Shown: positions 28,488 through 38,115 of the stretch, piece after piece
How positions within the stretch are numbered: the first letter of the stretch is position 1
Layout of the letters: each line of letters starts with the position of its first letter
NCBI GenBank assembly: GCA_022791255.1
Contig: JAAVYR010000004.1
Span: 92,094 to 156,093, forward strand
From: Peptococcaceae bacterium
Lineage (GTDB): Bacteria; Bacillota; Dehalobacteriia; UBA4068; JAAVYR01
DNA: 64,000 nucleotides
Direction of reading: 5' to 3'
The notes under the pieces: model-generated
What the model was told of the DNA's origin: nothing
The model's input: only the letters and a program-made list of their open reading frames with translations
Databases searched by the model: none
Made by a program: the position numbers and the translations under genes

Positions 28488-28754
28488 TTATACTTCTGGG
28501 TATTTATGATCCTTCCAATACCACCACTTGAGTTTTTCTTCCTCATAGACATCATTTTCAGCAAAGTAAACGGCACAGCAGAATACATACAATACGCAAC
28601 GATCGTCCCGATACCCCTTATAAAGGCACTCTTTTTCATAGAGTTCCTCCGGGTTTTGCCCTTGCAAATCTGCAATAGAAGTAATGCCCATGGCCTCTAA
28701 CACAGCCGCTATCTTTGGGCCAACACCAGGGATTTTTGTCAGTTCACTAGCCAT
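28488..28754 (-). CDS. TfoX C-terminal-domain-like helix-hairpin-helix protein.
   Basis: MASELTKIPGVGPKIAAVLEAMGITSIADLQGQNPEELY (HhH motif). The track ORF is trimmed to the Met at 28754 because rlmD ends at 28777. Confidence 0.45.
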   Translation of the reverse strand: MASELTKIPGVGPKIAAVLEAMGITSIADLQGQNPEELYEKECLYKGYRDDRCVLYVFCCAVYFAENDVYEEEKLKWWYWKDHKYPEV

Positions 28755-28776
28755 AAAGCCACACCTGCCTTCCTGA

Positions 28777-30153
28777 TTATTTGCGAGAAAAGAGACAAAC
28801 ATTTTCTACATGAGCTGTCTGAGGAAACAAGTCCACCGGCTGCACGCTTTCCAACCGATAGCCCAGCTCCTCTAGACGCTTTACATCTCGCGCCAGAGAA
28901 GCACCATGGCAAGAAATATAAACCAAATATGGAAAACCTGCTGCAGCAATAGCCGCAAGCACCGCTTCTTCACAACCGCTGCGAGGCGGATCTAACACTG
29001 CCACGCTTTTTGCAATCACCGCCTGATGGGCAAAGGCTCCTTCCTGCAGCAAAGAAGGCAGCACTTCTTCACACAGGCCGGCAAAGTAATGGCCCTCCAC
29101 CTGATTAAGCAGGGCATTTTCTTTGGCACTCTCTACGGCCTCTGGCACCACCTCGACACCTATCACTGTCTGCCCAGGAGAAGCAAGACAAATACCGATG
29201 GTACCGATGCCGCAATAAATATCCCAAAGGTAATCTACCTCTACAGGCAGCTGCGCCAACATCTCTCTGGCCACACCATAGAGGCGTTCCGTCTGACAGA
29301 AATTCACCTGGAGAAAATCCTTTGCCCCCCAGCGGAACTGCTTCCCCAAGAGAGATACGAGGAGCTTTTCCTGACCCCAAACCAACTGCCATTGGTCTGA
29401 AAAGTACCCATCCCAAGGAGTCTTTTGGCCATAATTATACCAAAGGCTCGCTATGGGTAAATCCTCTTGCCGCAGAAAATCAATATGTGCTTTGACATCC
29501 GGCTGATAAGTCCCCTCACAAAGAAAGGCGACTAGGCAACGGCCGTCAACATTGCTTTCTTTTATCAGCACATGGTGAAGACCCACAATCTCCCGAAGGT
29601 CCCCAATATGCTGCTGCAAAGAAGCAATCACTTGATTAATCTGTACTGAGGCTAAGGAACAGGCAGATATGGGAACTACTCTTTTGCTCCCCGGGGCAAA
29701 GAACCCTAAAGCGTGGCTTACCTCATCATAGTGGAGATAGACCCGATTGCGGTAGCCCCACACTGTATCAGCGCCGATGATAGGTAAGATTTCTACACCG
29801 GTCACGCCACCAATGCGAGATAGCTGCTGACGAACAAAGTCCTCTTTGGCAGCCAACTGACCGGCCTCATCCAGATGAGACAGCTGGCAGCCGCCGCACT
29901 GCATAGCAACTGGGCAACGAGGCATGACTCTCTGAGCGCTAGCAGTCACCATGTCTATGGCTTCCCCCCAGGCATAACGCCGCTTCTTCCCTAAGACACG
30001 CACCAGCACCCGCTCTCCCGGCAAAGCGCCAGCTACAAAAACAGCCATGCCCTCTACTCTGCCCACACCCTTGCCCTCGGTGGTAAGGCCGGTAATCTCC
30101 ATGGAATAGATTTCACCAACATTTACAGAATTATCTTTTGGTTGTTTTGTCAT
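28777..30153 (-). CDS. rlmD: 23S rRNA (uracil-C5)-methyltransferase RlmD/RumA family (TRAM domain, 4Fe-4S cysteines, SAM MTase).
   Basis: N-terminal TRAM (GEIYSMEITGLTTEGKGVGR), CPVAMQCGGCQ cluster, DIYCGIGTIG SAM motif, C-terminal ISCH catalytic Cys. Confidence 0.85.
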   Translation of the reverse strand: MTKQPKDNSVNVGEIYSMEITGLTTEGKGVGRVEGMAVFVAGALPGERVLVRVLGKKRRYAWGEAIDMVTASAQRVMPRCPVAMQCGGCQLSHLDEAGQLAAKEDFVRQQLSRIGGVTGVEILPIIGADTVWGYRNRVYLHYDEVSHALGFFAPGSKRVVPISACSLASVQINQVIASLQQHIGDLREIVGLHHVLIKESNVDGRCLVAFLCEGTYQPDVKAHIDFLRQEDLPIASLWYNYGQKTPWDGYFSDQWQLVWGQEKLLVSLLGKQFRWGAKDFLQVNFCQTERLYGVAREMLAQLPVEVDYLWDIYCGIGTIGICLASPGQTVIGVEVVPEAVESAKENALLNQVEGHYFAGLCEEVLPSLLQEGAFAHQAVIAKSVAVLDPPRSGCEEAVLAAIAAAGFPYLVYISCHGASLARDVKRLEELGYRLESVQPVDLFPQTAHVENVCLFSRK

Positions 30154-30182
30154 AAAAATATAATTCCTAACAAATTTTTTTA

Positions 30183-30422
30183 TTATAAATCCCTGAAAAA
30201 CTCATCAAAACTATCTACATGATAAAGTTCCTTTAATGCCAACAAGACGCTAACTTTAACACTATAACAACCTCGTTCCATTTGAGAAATTACTTCTCGA
30301 CTGATAGAAATATCTGCTAATTGCAACTTAGCAGCAACCTGTTCTTGAGATAAATTTGTTGCTTTCCGTAACCTTCTTAAATTATCACCAATAGAAATAT
30401 CTTGTTTAATGTTATTTGACAT
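30183..30422 (-). CDS. Small XRE-family HTH regulator (79 aa).
   Basis: RBS GGAG-N9-ATG at 30422. NLRRLRKATNLSQEQVAAKLQLADISISREVISQMERG HTH. C-terminal tail resembles that of the 18902-19156 XRE protein. Confidence 0.65.
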   Translation of the reverse strand: MSNNIKQDISIGDNLRRLRKATNLSQEQVAAKLQLADISISREVISQMERGCYSVKVSVLLALKELYHVDSFDEFFRDL

Positions 30423-30565
30423 AAAAATTTCTCCAATCTTTTTTTGGAATGTTTTCATTCCACTATTGATTTTAAACACTCACTCATGTTATTATTGGAA
30501 TGTATTAATTCCAATAATATTTTTTAGGAGAAATTTTTATCCAATGTCACCCTGAGGGAACCTTT

Positions 30566-31190
30566 AAGATCCTTCGCTTCGCTCAGGATGACAATCAGAA
30601 ACACCCACTACCTTTCCATGTCATCCTGAGGAACGCAGTGACAAAGGATCTTTTAGTATATGGGGAAGGCAATCTGTTTGCCGCGGGGAGCACTAGATGG
30701 TGACGAGGCTGCCAGGCAAAGGCAACCAGATTGCAAGTTTGGTTCTTTGCAGGCAAAGAACAGAAAAATGACCCAAAGTAAATAATTCGTACTTGCCCAA
30801 CTGTTAGAGGTAGATAGTATCTTTTAAATATATACATTGTACTTTTGACAGATAGGCAATTGCTACAAGTTTCTTTGAGTAAATCTTTAACTTCTTTTTG
30901 AAAAAGAAGCAAAACTACCGCCTGGTTATAATCTGCCACTTTTAAGGTAAGCAATGCTTAGTACTTCCAGACTGGGAAAAGTAAAATGTAGGCCAATATG
31001 TAAAAGTGGGGATATCTAGGCGGCAGGTCCCCGCCAATTAAAAGATCCTTCGCTTTCGCTCAGGATGACAGATAGTACCACTTTATACAAGGGAAACACT
31101 CACTGCTTCTAACAGAAGAGGAAAAGTAATTGCTAGTAGCTGTATGTAATTCTTTTGTAAAATGTGGCAGTATCTAGGATGAAAAAAACA
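30566..31190. repeat. Repeat element copy 2 (inverted relative to copy 1). Composite order: right-form hairpin repeat (30566-30593), inverted left-form (30619-30652), ~310-bp core homologous to copy 1 (30619-30927), second hairpin repeat (31042-31070), homologous tail (to ~31190).
   Basis: Reverse complement of 19568-19857 aligns at ~85 % to 30619-30927, including the CTTCTTTTTSAAAAAGAAG palindrome and TTGCCCAACTG blocks. The track ORF 30595..30954 lies inside it. Confidence 0.7.
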
Positions 31191-31221
31191 CACTATTTTT
31201 GCTTTAAGAGAGAGAAAAGTT

Positions 31222-31398
31222 ATGTCAGATTTTATCCCGAAAGGCTATACCAAACAGCAAATTACCATTCGGATAGATGAGCAAAAGCTGGAAAAGATAG
31301 ATAGAATAGCCGCTAAATTTAACCTAAGCCGCAGCGCCTTTGTAAATCAGTGTATCGACTATGCCCTCTCCATGATGGAGATAGGAAAGGAAAGTTGA
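31222..31398 (+). CDS. Ribbon-helix-helix (CopG-like) small protein, 58 aa.
   Basis: KQQITIRIDEQKLEKIDRIAAKFNLSRSAFVNQCIDYAL RHH pattern. Paralogous context to 19275-19451. Confidence 0.5.
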   Translation: MSDFIPKGYTKQQITIRIDEQKLEKIDRIAAKFNLSRSAFVNQCIDYALSMMEIGKES

Positions 31399-31478
31399 AT
31401 TGTCTCCTGTATAAGCAAAACGAACTAATCCCTAGGCCCAAAATAACTGCCGGAAGTAGTTCGTATTTCATATCCAGA

Positions 31479-32102
31479 TTATTCTTCTTCTGCACCTTCT
31501 CCATCTTCTGCAGGCACTGTCTGCTTTGGCGCTAGCTGGAAGGACTGAACAATCGCTGCAATATCATCCTCATAAGACTCCTTGCGGCTCTTTAAGGTCC
31601 AGGCCACTACCTGCACAAAATGGTCCGGACAATCAATGGTATACAGCCAATAATACACATTCAGGCCATCTACAGTACCGCTAACTTTGGCCAGGTAAGC
31701 CGCTCTATCGCCAACAGTAATGGCGACAGGTTCTGTCATCAGCGGGTTTTGCAGCTTGGCCATGGTTACATCGGCAACGATTTTCGTATAATCAGATAGC
31801 TCCATAGATAGGTCCGCTTTTAACTCTGGAATGATAATCAGATATTTATCTTTGGAGAGACTACCAATTTCCAACTCTGCCTCTGGGTGCAGCTGTCCTG
31901 TCATCATTTGCCAATCGGGGCCTACAGTTAGCTGAAACTCTCCGCCAGTGCTGGTAAAAGTAGTCTTACCATCCTTATTTGCAGCACCATTACCGTCTCC
32001 GGTATCCATACCGCAGGCAGAACACAACACCGACAAGGCGAGAAAAACACAGCAAAGAACCAAAATACTCTTTTTCTTGTTAGAGGTAAACACTCTCTTC
32101 AT
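31479..32102 (-). CDS. Hypothetical lipoprotein.
   Basis: Signal peptide plus lipobox (LSVLCSAC-G). No recognisable domain. Confidence 0.5.
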   Translation of the reverse strand: MKRVFTSNKKKSILVLCCVFLALSVLCSACGMDTGDGNGAANKDGKTTFTSTGGEFQLTVGPDWQMMTGQLHPEAELEIGSLSKDKYLIIIPELKADLSMELSDYTKIVADVTMAKLQNPLMTEPVAITVGDRAAYLAKVSGTVDGLNVYYWLYTIDCPDHFVQVVAWTLKSRKESYEDDIAAIVQSFQLAPKQTVPAEDGEGAEEE

Positions 32103-32123
32103 ACATTACATAAACCTTTCCGG

Positions 32124-32939
32124 TTATAAGATTTTATGAAAAATTGGCTGCATCTGCTGGAAGGTAGCCAGATAAGAAAAGCCTGCTTCTTTCAAAAAAG
32201 CGACTGCCGCCTGTTGCCCATAGCCCACATCCTGAGGCTTATGAGCGTCAGAGCCAATGGTAACAATCTCACCGCCTAAAGCGCGATACCGCTTCAGCCA
32301 TGTCATATCCAGGGTATCTTTACCTAGCGCGCGGAAAATAGAGGTATTGATTTCCAGCCCCTTGCCATGGTCGATAAGGTAACGAAACAAGGCATCTAAA
32401 ACATCCGGCGCATCTGTATAACGGAGCATCTTATCTTCATAGGGGCAGCCTTTGCTGGGAAAATCTATGTGGCCCACCACAGAAAAATCCTCCGGACCAA
32501 TGGTATGCTGTACCAAATGGTTAAGCTCTGTGAGATAGAGGGAAAAAGCTTCCCCTCTGGTCTTCCCCCCAAAGAAGCCTGGATAATAAGGGTCTTCCCC
32601 CTGGCAAAGATGACAGGAAGCGATAACAAAGTCCAGCTGGTTTTCTGCCACCAGCTGATGGATTTCCTCCTCATAACCCGGTAAGCTGAGAAGTCCCACT
32701 TCTGCCCCCTGACGAACCGTAATCCTCTCCTGCAGAGAGGCAAGAGCAGGACTTTTTAGGGCTTCTCTCCGCGCTGCTAAATCCACCTGCCACAAAGGCA
32801 ATCCTGGATAGGCTGGCTCATAGTGGTCGGTCAGACAGATTTCTTCTAAGCCATGGTCCAGAGCAGACTGGATTTGCACCCCAAGAGAAGCAGTGGAGTC
32901 AAAGGAAAACTCTGTATGCATATGGTAATCTGCCCGCAT
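32124..32939 (-). CDS. PHP-domain histidinol-phosphatase-family protein.
   Basis: MRADYHMHTEFSFDS N-terminal metal-binding His motif, ICLTDHYEP, GSDAHKP. Confidence 0.7.
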   Translation of the reverse strand: MRADYHMHTEFSFDSTASLGVQIQSALDHGLEEICLTDHYEPAYPGLPLWQVDLAARREALKSPALASLQERITVRQGAEVGLLSLPGYEEEIHQLVAENQLDFVIASCHLCQGEDPYYPGFFGGKTRGEAFSLYLTELNHLVQHTIGPEDFSVVGHIDFPSKGCPYEDKMLRYTDAPDVLDALFRYLIDHGKGLEINTSIFRALGKDTLDMTWLKRYRALGGEIVTIGSDAHKPQDVGYGQQAAVAFLKEAGFSYLATFQQMQPIFHKIL

Positions 32940-32957
32940 AAAATAGATACCTCTTTT

Positions 32958-33428
32958 TTAATCAAAATAGATTTTACAAGTTTCCGGAGTAAACCAAATA
33001 GCTGCTTCCTCCCGCACAGCTTGGGGACTATCGCTGGCATGGATGAGGTTTTCACACATTCTGTTTTCTGCCATAGAAGCCTCTAAGGAGTCACGGCCCA
33101 AGTCGCCGCGGATGGTGCCGGGAACTGCCTTTTTAGGGTCGGTAGCGCCCACCACAGTGCGGACAAAAGGCACAATGTCGGCCCGTTCTGCAGCAAGGAG
33201 CATGGGCAACACTGTCTTACCGTCAAAATACCGTTTAGCATTTTCTCGGAAGCCTTCGCCATATTTAGCAATAGGCTCTGCATAGTGATGGCAGATAATC
33301 TCCGGCGTGGCAGTGGTGCAATGAACATGGGCAATAGCAAGACCTGCATTTTTTAGTCTGGTGACGATTTCTTCCGTCAGGCCTTGGGCTACTGCGTCTG
33401 GCTTTAACATAATGAACGTATAATACAT
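32958..33428 (-). CDS. ndk: Nucleoside diphosphate kinase.
   Basis: TFIMLKPDAV..., catalytic His in NLIHASDS, 156 aa. Confidence 0.8.
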   Translation of the reverse strand: MYYTFIMLKPDAVAQGLTEEIVTRLKNAGLAIAHVHCTTATPEIICHHYAEPIAKYGEGFRENAKRYFDGKTVLPMLLAAERADIVPFVRTVVGATDPKKAVPGTIRGDLGRDSLEASMAENRMCENLIHASDSPQAVREEAAIWFTPETCKIYFD

Positions 33429-33475
33429 AAAAACATCCTTCTTTCTCTTTGCTGCATATTTTATTAATACTTGTT

Positions 33476-33991
33476 TTATTCGCTTATCTTTTCTATTGCC
33501 TGGGAGATAGCATCCTCTGCTTGTTCTGGGCTACCGCAAACAACAAAAATTAAATAATCATCTATCTCTTTTACCAAGGCATTATCTAGTTTGGCGGCCT
33601 CCTCTGGCAGATAAGAAGAGAAGCTTTCCTTTTGGGTCGCTACACGAGCCGTTATTTTTTCCTTTAGCAGCTTCTTACTGGCCTCATCTTTTGCCTTGAC
33701 GATGCAGATTTCATCGGCAGTAGCGCCAGTAGAAAGAAGCAACACTGCCTGCTCATAGTCTTCCCGCGTCACATCATAGACATAAGAAAATACTTCCTCC
33801 TCTACTGGAGAAAGCTCCGCCTCCAGGCCTAAGGCCTGCTGCAACTGGCTACTAAAGGCCGGCATATCAATGACAACAGGAGCAGCGTCATTTTTTCCTT
33901 CTTGGCCTCCTCCACAGGCGGAGGCAATCACTGCCAGTCCTAAAACTAAGCCAAAAGTAAGGAATAGGCGAAAATATTTTTTTCTTCCCAT
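33476..33991 (-). CDS. Hypothetical lipoprotein (DUF4358-like).
   Basis: Signal peptide plus IASAC-G lipobox, 171 aa. Confidence 0.45.
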   Translation of the reverse strand: MGRKKYFRLFLTFGLVLGLAVIASACGGGQEGKNDAAPVVIDMPAFSSQLQQALGLEAELSPVEEEVFSYVYDVTREDYEQAVLLLSTGATADEICIVKAKDEASKKLLKEKITARVATQKESFSSYLPEEAAKLDNALVKEIDDYLIFVVCGSPEQAEDAISQAIEKISE

Positions 33992-34082
33992 TAGAAAACT
34001 CCTTTACTATTTATCATTCACAACATCTATCACAACATCTATCACAACATTGATGATCAAAGTAGTTAGCTTTGCCTCTGTG

Positions 34083-35072
34083 TTAAGTGGCATTATTTAA
34101 GGCTACTTGTTCTTTTAGGTAGTCCATCCATAGGTTGCAATATTTCTTATTCAGGTGAATGCCATCTGTGCTGGCCTCTGCAAAAAGCGCACCCTCATCA
34201 TCCATAAAGCGAGCTGCAACATTAAAATAATCTACAGATTTTTCCCTGCACATTTGCTCTATCAATTGATTATAATGGACAATTTTTGGGTTATTATGAA
34301 TAGGATCGCTAGCAGACTTCTCCGCGCTCACTGGTAAGATAGACTGAACCACGATTTTACTATCAGGGTGATAACGGCGAATGGTATCGATGACCTGACC
34401 ATATTTGGCAATAAATGTCTTTTCGGAAGCCCAGCCAAGTTCATTCATGCCAAACATGATATAAAAAGTATCGTACTCCTGATTTTGGATGGCTTCTGCT
34501 ACAGTGATTTTCCCGCCGCTGCTATTGTTGATAGCTTCTTTTTGGAAGAAACCATCTACAGTGAGTGCCTTTACACCATAATTGCCTGCTCTAGTAAGAC
34601 CATTATACAAGAGAAAACCTTCTGTCCGGGAGTCGCCAATAAAAGCAGAATGATTAAAATAACTATTAGGGATGTCCTTCCCGCCCTGACGCAATAGACT
34701 AATCTTCCGTTCCCCAGATAAAGTACGACTAGCCAGCAACTCACTGCCTACACCGCCGCCACCGGCATAGGCCTTTACCGTGCCCATAGCAGGGTCTATG
34801 GCTGTCTCAGGTTGCTCCTCTTCTGCGGTACCAAAAAACTGACCTAATGACTCTAAAAAGCTGCTCCCTGTTTTCGCATCTAAAGCCGGTGCTGGGTAAG
34901 CATAACAGCCAATGACAGCTAGTACGCCCGAAACAAAAAAAAGCAATGGACGAAAAAAATGATGTTTTTTTACATCTACTTTTTTGATATTTGGATGGTC
35001 TTGGGTAGCGTCTTTTGTTTCTGTTTGCTGTTCCCGATTTTTTACATCATCCATTATCATATCCATGTCCAC
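34083..35072 (-). CDS. SGNH/GDSL-family hydrolase with N-terminal membrane anchor.
   Basis: FIGDSRTEGF (block I Ser), FGMNELG, DGIHLN (block V) motifs. Bidirectional terminator at 35213-35247. Confidence 0.7.
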   Translation of the reverse strand: MDMDMIMDDVKNREQQTETKDATQDHPNIKKVDVKKHHFFRPLLFFVSGVLAVIGCYAYPAPALDAKTGSSFLESLGQFFGTAEEEQPETAIDPAMGTVKAYAGGGGVGSELLASRTLSGERKISLLRQGGKDIPNSYFNHSAFIGDSRTEGFLLYNGLTRAGNYGVKALTVDGFFQKEAINNSSGGKITVAEAIQNQEYDTFYIMFGMNELGWASEKTFIAKYGQVIDTIRRYHPDSKIVVQSILPVSAEKSASDPIHNNPKIVHYNQLIEQMCREKSVDYFNVAARFMDDEGALFAEASTDGIHLNKKYCNLWMDYLKEQVALNNAT

Positions 35073-35326
35073 TGCTCCTTTCTGAAGTAATATTAACCAA
35101 AATTATGTTACCCTGGCTGTCTTATTCTATTTATAAAGACGGAAAAAAACAAAAAAAGTTCGTTATTTGTCGAAGGTTGTCAAAAAAACATACACTAAAA
35201 TTTTACACCAAGAAAAAAGTCTTTGCAACGCGTGCAAAGACTTTTTTAAAACAAAATCATCATAAAATTTGTAAAAAATCATTTTTTTAGATCCTTCACA
35301 TCCGTTCAGGATGACAATGCCATATC

Positions 35327-36240
35327 TTATTTTTGGCTCATTACTTCTTCTGCCATTTTTACCATACCGTCTTGGTCTAAAGCTAAGTCCTGACCGCACA
35401 AGTTATACTTCATACCGTCTTTTACCCAAGTCAGATTAGTCATATAGCAGTCTTCTACAGCGTCACTACCATAGCTGATAAAAAGTTCTCCAGCATCCAT
35501 TGCAGCCTGGTCTTCCGGCGTCACTTCATAGTTTACCGGTACGAATTTATAGTGGTCCTTTGCATAATGGTAATCGATACTTTCTCCGTTAGCCAGGGTA
35601 ATGGTACCGGAAACATCACCAAAATCTTGACCGGTAAAGACGCCACAAATAGAAAGAACAATCCATTGATTATCTGCATTACGATAATCTAAAGACAACT
35701 CCGGCATAGTTTCTAACTTTGCGCCGTTTTCATCATGAGTTGTGCTTTCTCCTACGCTATAGCTGGTAAATTTGAAGCCGTTGGAAAAGCTTTCTACTAC
35801 ATCAGGACGGGTATTTAATACCTATTCCATCTTGGTTACGGTAGGGAATGTTTCCCCGGCGCGGTGAGAATGCCCTTCATAGCTTGCAATTTTACCAAGA
35901 GCAAAGCAGGTAGCAGAGGTAAGACATAATGCAGCAGCAACAGCTGCTACTAACACTTTTTAGATTTCATTGGTTTATTCTCCTTTATTAGTTTCTGATT
36001 TTGAGATGCACTGCAATAAAGAGGAGTAACGATATCTTCTGGTTCTTTTTCCTGCAGCGGCATATTTTTTTCGGGGCCTTCTGCCATCATCTCTGCTTTG
36101 ATAACTTCCTCCATAATCCGGTCCGTAAAAGCAGCGGCTTCCTCCTTATTCGCAAAAAAGATATGGTCCTTCGCTGTATTTACAAACGCATCTTTTAAAA
36201 TTTCATCAAAGCATTGGGCTCGGTCTGTTTCTTTATTCAT
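35327..36240 (-). pseudogene. Anti-sigma factor gene (cytoplasmic N-domain, one TM helix, extracytoplasmic domain). Disrupted by a -1 frameshift in an A5 run (~35960-35966) and an in-frame TAG (35824-35826).
   Basis: Start ATG overlaps the sigma stop (ATGA at 36237-36240). Frame 1 ends MKSKKC* after 96 aa. The TM segment VLVAAVAAALCLTSATCFALG continues in the +2 frame and reaches TAG. The same frame then continues into the 126-aa ORF 35327-35707. Confidence 0.45.
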
Positions 36241-36839
36241 AAGGATACCTCCTCTTCATCAGTGGTTTTTCCGGAGTGAGTAAAAACAAAGGCAGATGTT
36301 TTGGCTTTTTGTAATAATTTTTCTTTTAACTTTTGCCTGCCATGATAAAGACGGGATTTTACAGTGCCTTCTCTGATATCCAACATCTGAGCAATTTCTC
36401 CCACAGAAAAATCATTAAAATAATACAAAGTGAGGACTGTACGATGGATATCCTCCAATTGATGAAGCATATCCAGCAATAACTCTTTATCTTCTGCTGT
36501 TTCCTCATCAGCTGCGGCTTGGCTTTTCTCTATTTCTTTTTCTTTGGCAGGAAAAATATCTGCAATAGGAATAGCTTTGCCATCTTTTTCCTTCTTCCGC
36601 CAAGCTATCCGCGTTAAGATACGGTAAAACCACCATTTGAATTGGGCGGGATTTCTTAGTTCTGATAAATGAAGATAACACTGAACAAAGGCCTCCTGCA
36701 CCACATCCTGAGCCGTATAATGATGTTGGGTGAGAAAGAAAGCCGTAGAGAGAGCATGGCTCTGATATGTCTCCACCAAAAAGCGGAAGCTGTCTTTATC
36801 TCCCCGTTGCGCTTGTAATACAGCAGTTACTTGGTCCAA
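36237..36839 (-). CDS. ECF-type RNA polymerase sigma-70 family factor.
   Basis: Region 2 (YQSHALSTAFFLT..DVVQEAFV) and region 4 HTH (FSVGEIAQMLDIREGTVKSRLYHGRQKL). TTG start at 36839 with RBS AAGGAG-N9; a GTG 24 nt upstream is the alternative. Confidence 0.75.
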   Translation of the reverse strand: MDQVTAVLQAQRGDKDSFRFLVETYQSHALSTAFFLTQHHYTAQDVVQEAFVQCYLHLSELRNPAQFKWWFYRILTRIAWRKKEKDGKAIPIADIFPAKEKEIEKSQAAADEETAEDKELLLDMLHQLEDIHRTVLTLYYFNDFSVGEIAQMLDIREGTVKSRLYHGRQKLKEKLLQKAKTSAFVFTHSGKTTDEEEVSL

Positions 36840-37047
36840 TATGATAATCTCCTTTCGGTGCACCTATCTATCAAGAGAACAAAACTTCTATATTGGTTCA
36901 AAAAATTGGTTCAAAAAATATATATTTTCTGTCATTCTGAGCAAAGTCGAAGAGTCTTAGGATTATTTAAGATAACCACATGGTACCACCGATATAAAAA
37001 GGGACTGCAAATTTTTGCAGTCCTTTAGCTATTTACCAAGTGGCAGA

Positions 37048-38115
37048 TTACGGCATGACGACAATATTGGTGGCAACTTTACGCTGGTTGCCGTCAGAAG
37101 GTTTATTGAGCAGCTTACCATTATACACCATAGCACTGGAGCCGCCACCATCTAAGGTAAAGGCTTCCATAACGCCTAGCCTTAACAGCAGTACTTGCAT
37201 TTCTTCTAAGGTAATGCCGGAACTCCAATCCTTTTGCCGTCCGTCTACGACGATGAAAAACACATCACCATTGGGGTATTGCCCTAGAACCGTACGAGGT
37301 TGCTTGGATTTTGCCCATTTGCTGGGGATAGTAATTTTTTCCCAGTCGCGGATAAGCACCGGCACAAAGCTAACGCCCTGCCAAGCGCCACTTTTCTTTA
37401 ACTCCTCTTCTGTATCATAAATGCCCCCTACCAATTTACCGCTTTTGGTAAAGCCAGCAAAGGCTAGGTCATTCCAAGAAGGAGTAAAATCACCAATCAG
37501 TTTTCCTTCTACCATCGCATTGCCTAGAGGCACAAGTTTGGTTACACCATCTTGGGTAGAAGAAGCAAAACCGCCTCCATTGACGCCAAAGATAGCTTTT
37601 GTTCGCTTGACAGCCTGAGCAGTGGTTTCTCCTTTAGGGCTATCATCTGGGTTCACTGTTACCCGCAGAGCTTTATCGGTCTTTAGCTTGATTTTCGCCA
37701 TATAGCCCCGCATATCTTCTTCAGCTAAAGTAAAAATCTGGATTTTAGAATTGGTGCCGTCATGGGTATAGACGGCTTTTCCCAAACGGTCCACAATCAT
37801 CTTTTCATAGGTGGCGTCTGTTAAATTTTTATTTTTAGAGCTATTCTGAGCTAGCTGATCCAGCTGACTAATAATATCCTTTTGCCGCTGGGCTTCTTCT
37901 TGGGCAGACTGTTGAAAGCCTGTCATCGCAGCAGAAAGCCTATCCAACCCACCTTGGAAATTCGTCAGATTACCATGGAAGGTCTCCCGGTTCCACACTT
38001 CCTTGCTCTCCTCTGCCAACACCATTGGCTTTTGCAACAAAGTTCCAGCCAATGCGCCTACGCTCATAGCAGCAACAAGACTGACTGCAAGCAGCAGATT
38101 ATTTCTTTCTCCCAT
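37048..38115 (-). CDS. Phosphodiester-glycosidase-family protein (DUF2233/NAGPA-like), secreted.
   Basis: Signal/TM N-terminus. FGVNGGGF and TLDGGGSSAMVYNGKLLNKPSDG motifs. Terminator at 36987-37018. Confidence 0.65.
   Translation of the reverse strand: MGERNNLLLAVSLVAAMSVGALAGTLLQKPMVLAEESKEVWNRETFHGNLTNFQGGLDRLSAAMTGFQQSAQEEAQRQKDIISQLDQLAQNSSKNKNLTDATYEKMIVDRLGKAVYTHDGTNSKIQIFTLAEEDMRGYMAKIKLKTDKALRVTVNPDDSPKGETTAQAVKRTKAIFGVNGGGFASSTQDGVTKLVPLGNAMVEGKLIGDFTPSWNDLAFAGFTKSGKLVGGIYDTEEELKKSGAWQGVSFVPVLIRDWEKITIPSKWAKSKQPRTVLGQYPNGDVFFIVVDGRQKDWSSGITLEEMQVLLLRLGVMEAFTLDGGGSSAMVYNGKLLNKPSDGNQRKVATNIVVMP

Noticed and set aside
35708-35970. Alternative reading: a 42-aa GTG-initiated membrane peptide (VLVAAVAAALCLTSATCFALG..) as an independent gene.
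   Set aside because: No RBS. The segment is exactly what is needed as the TM helix joining the anti-sigma N-domain to the downstream extracytoplasmic domain. The pseudogene or frameshift interpretation is more parsimonious.
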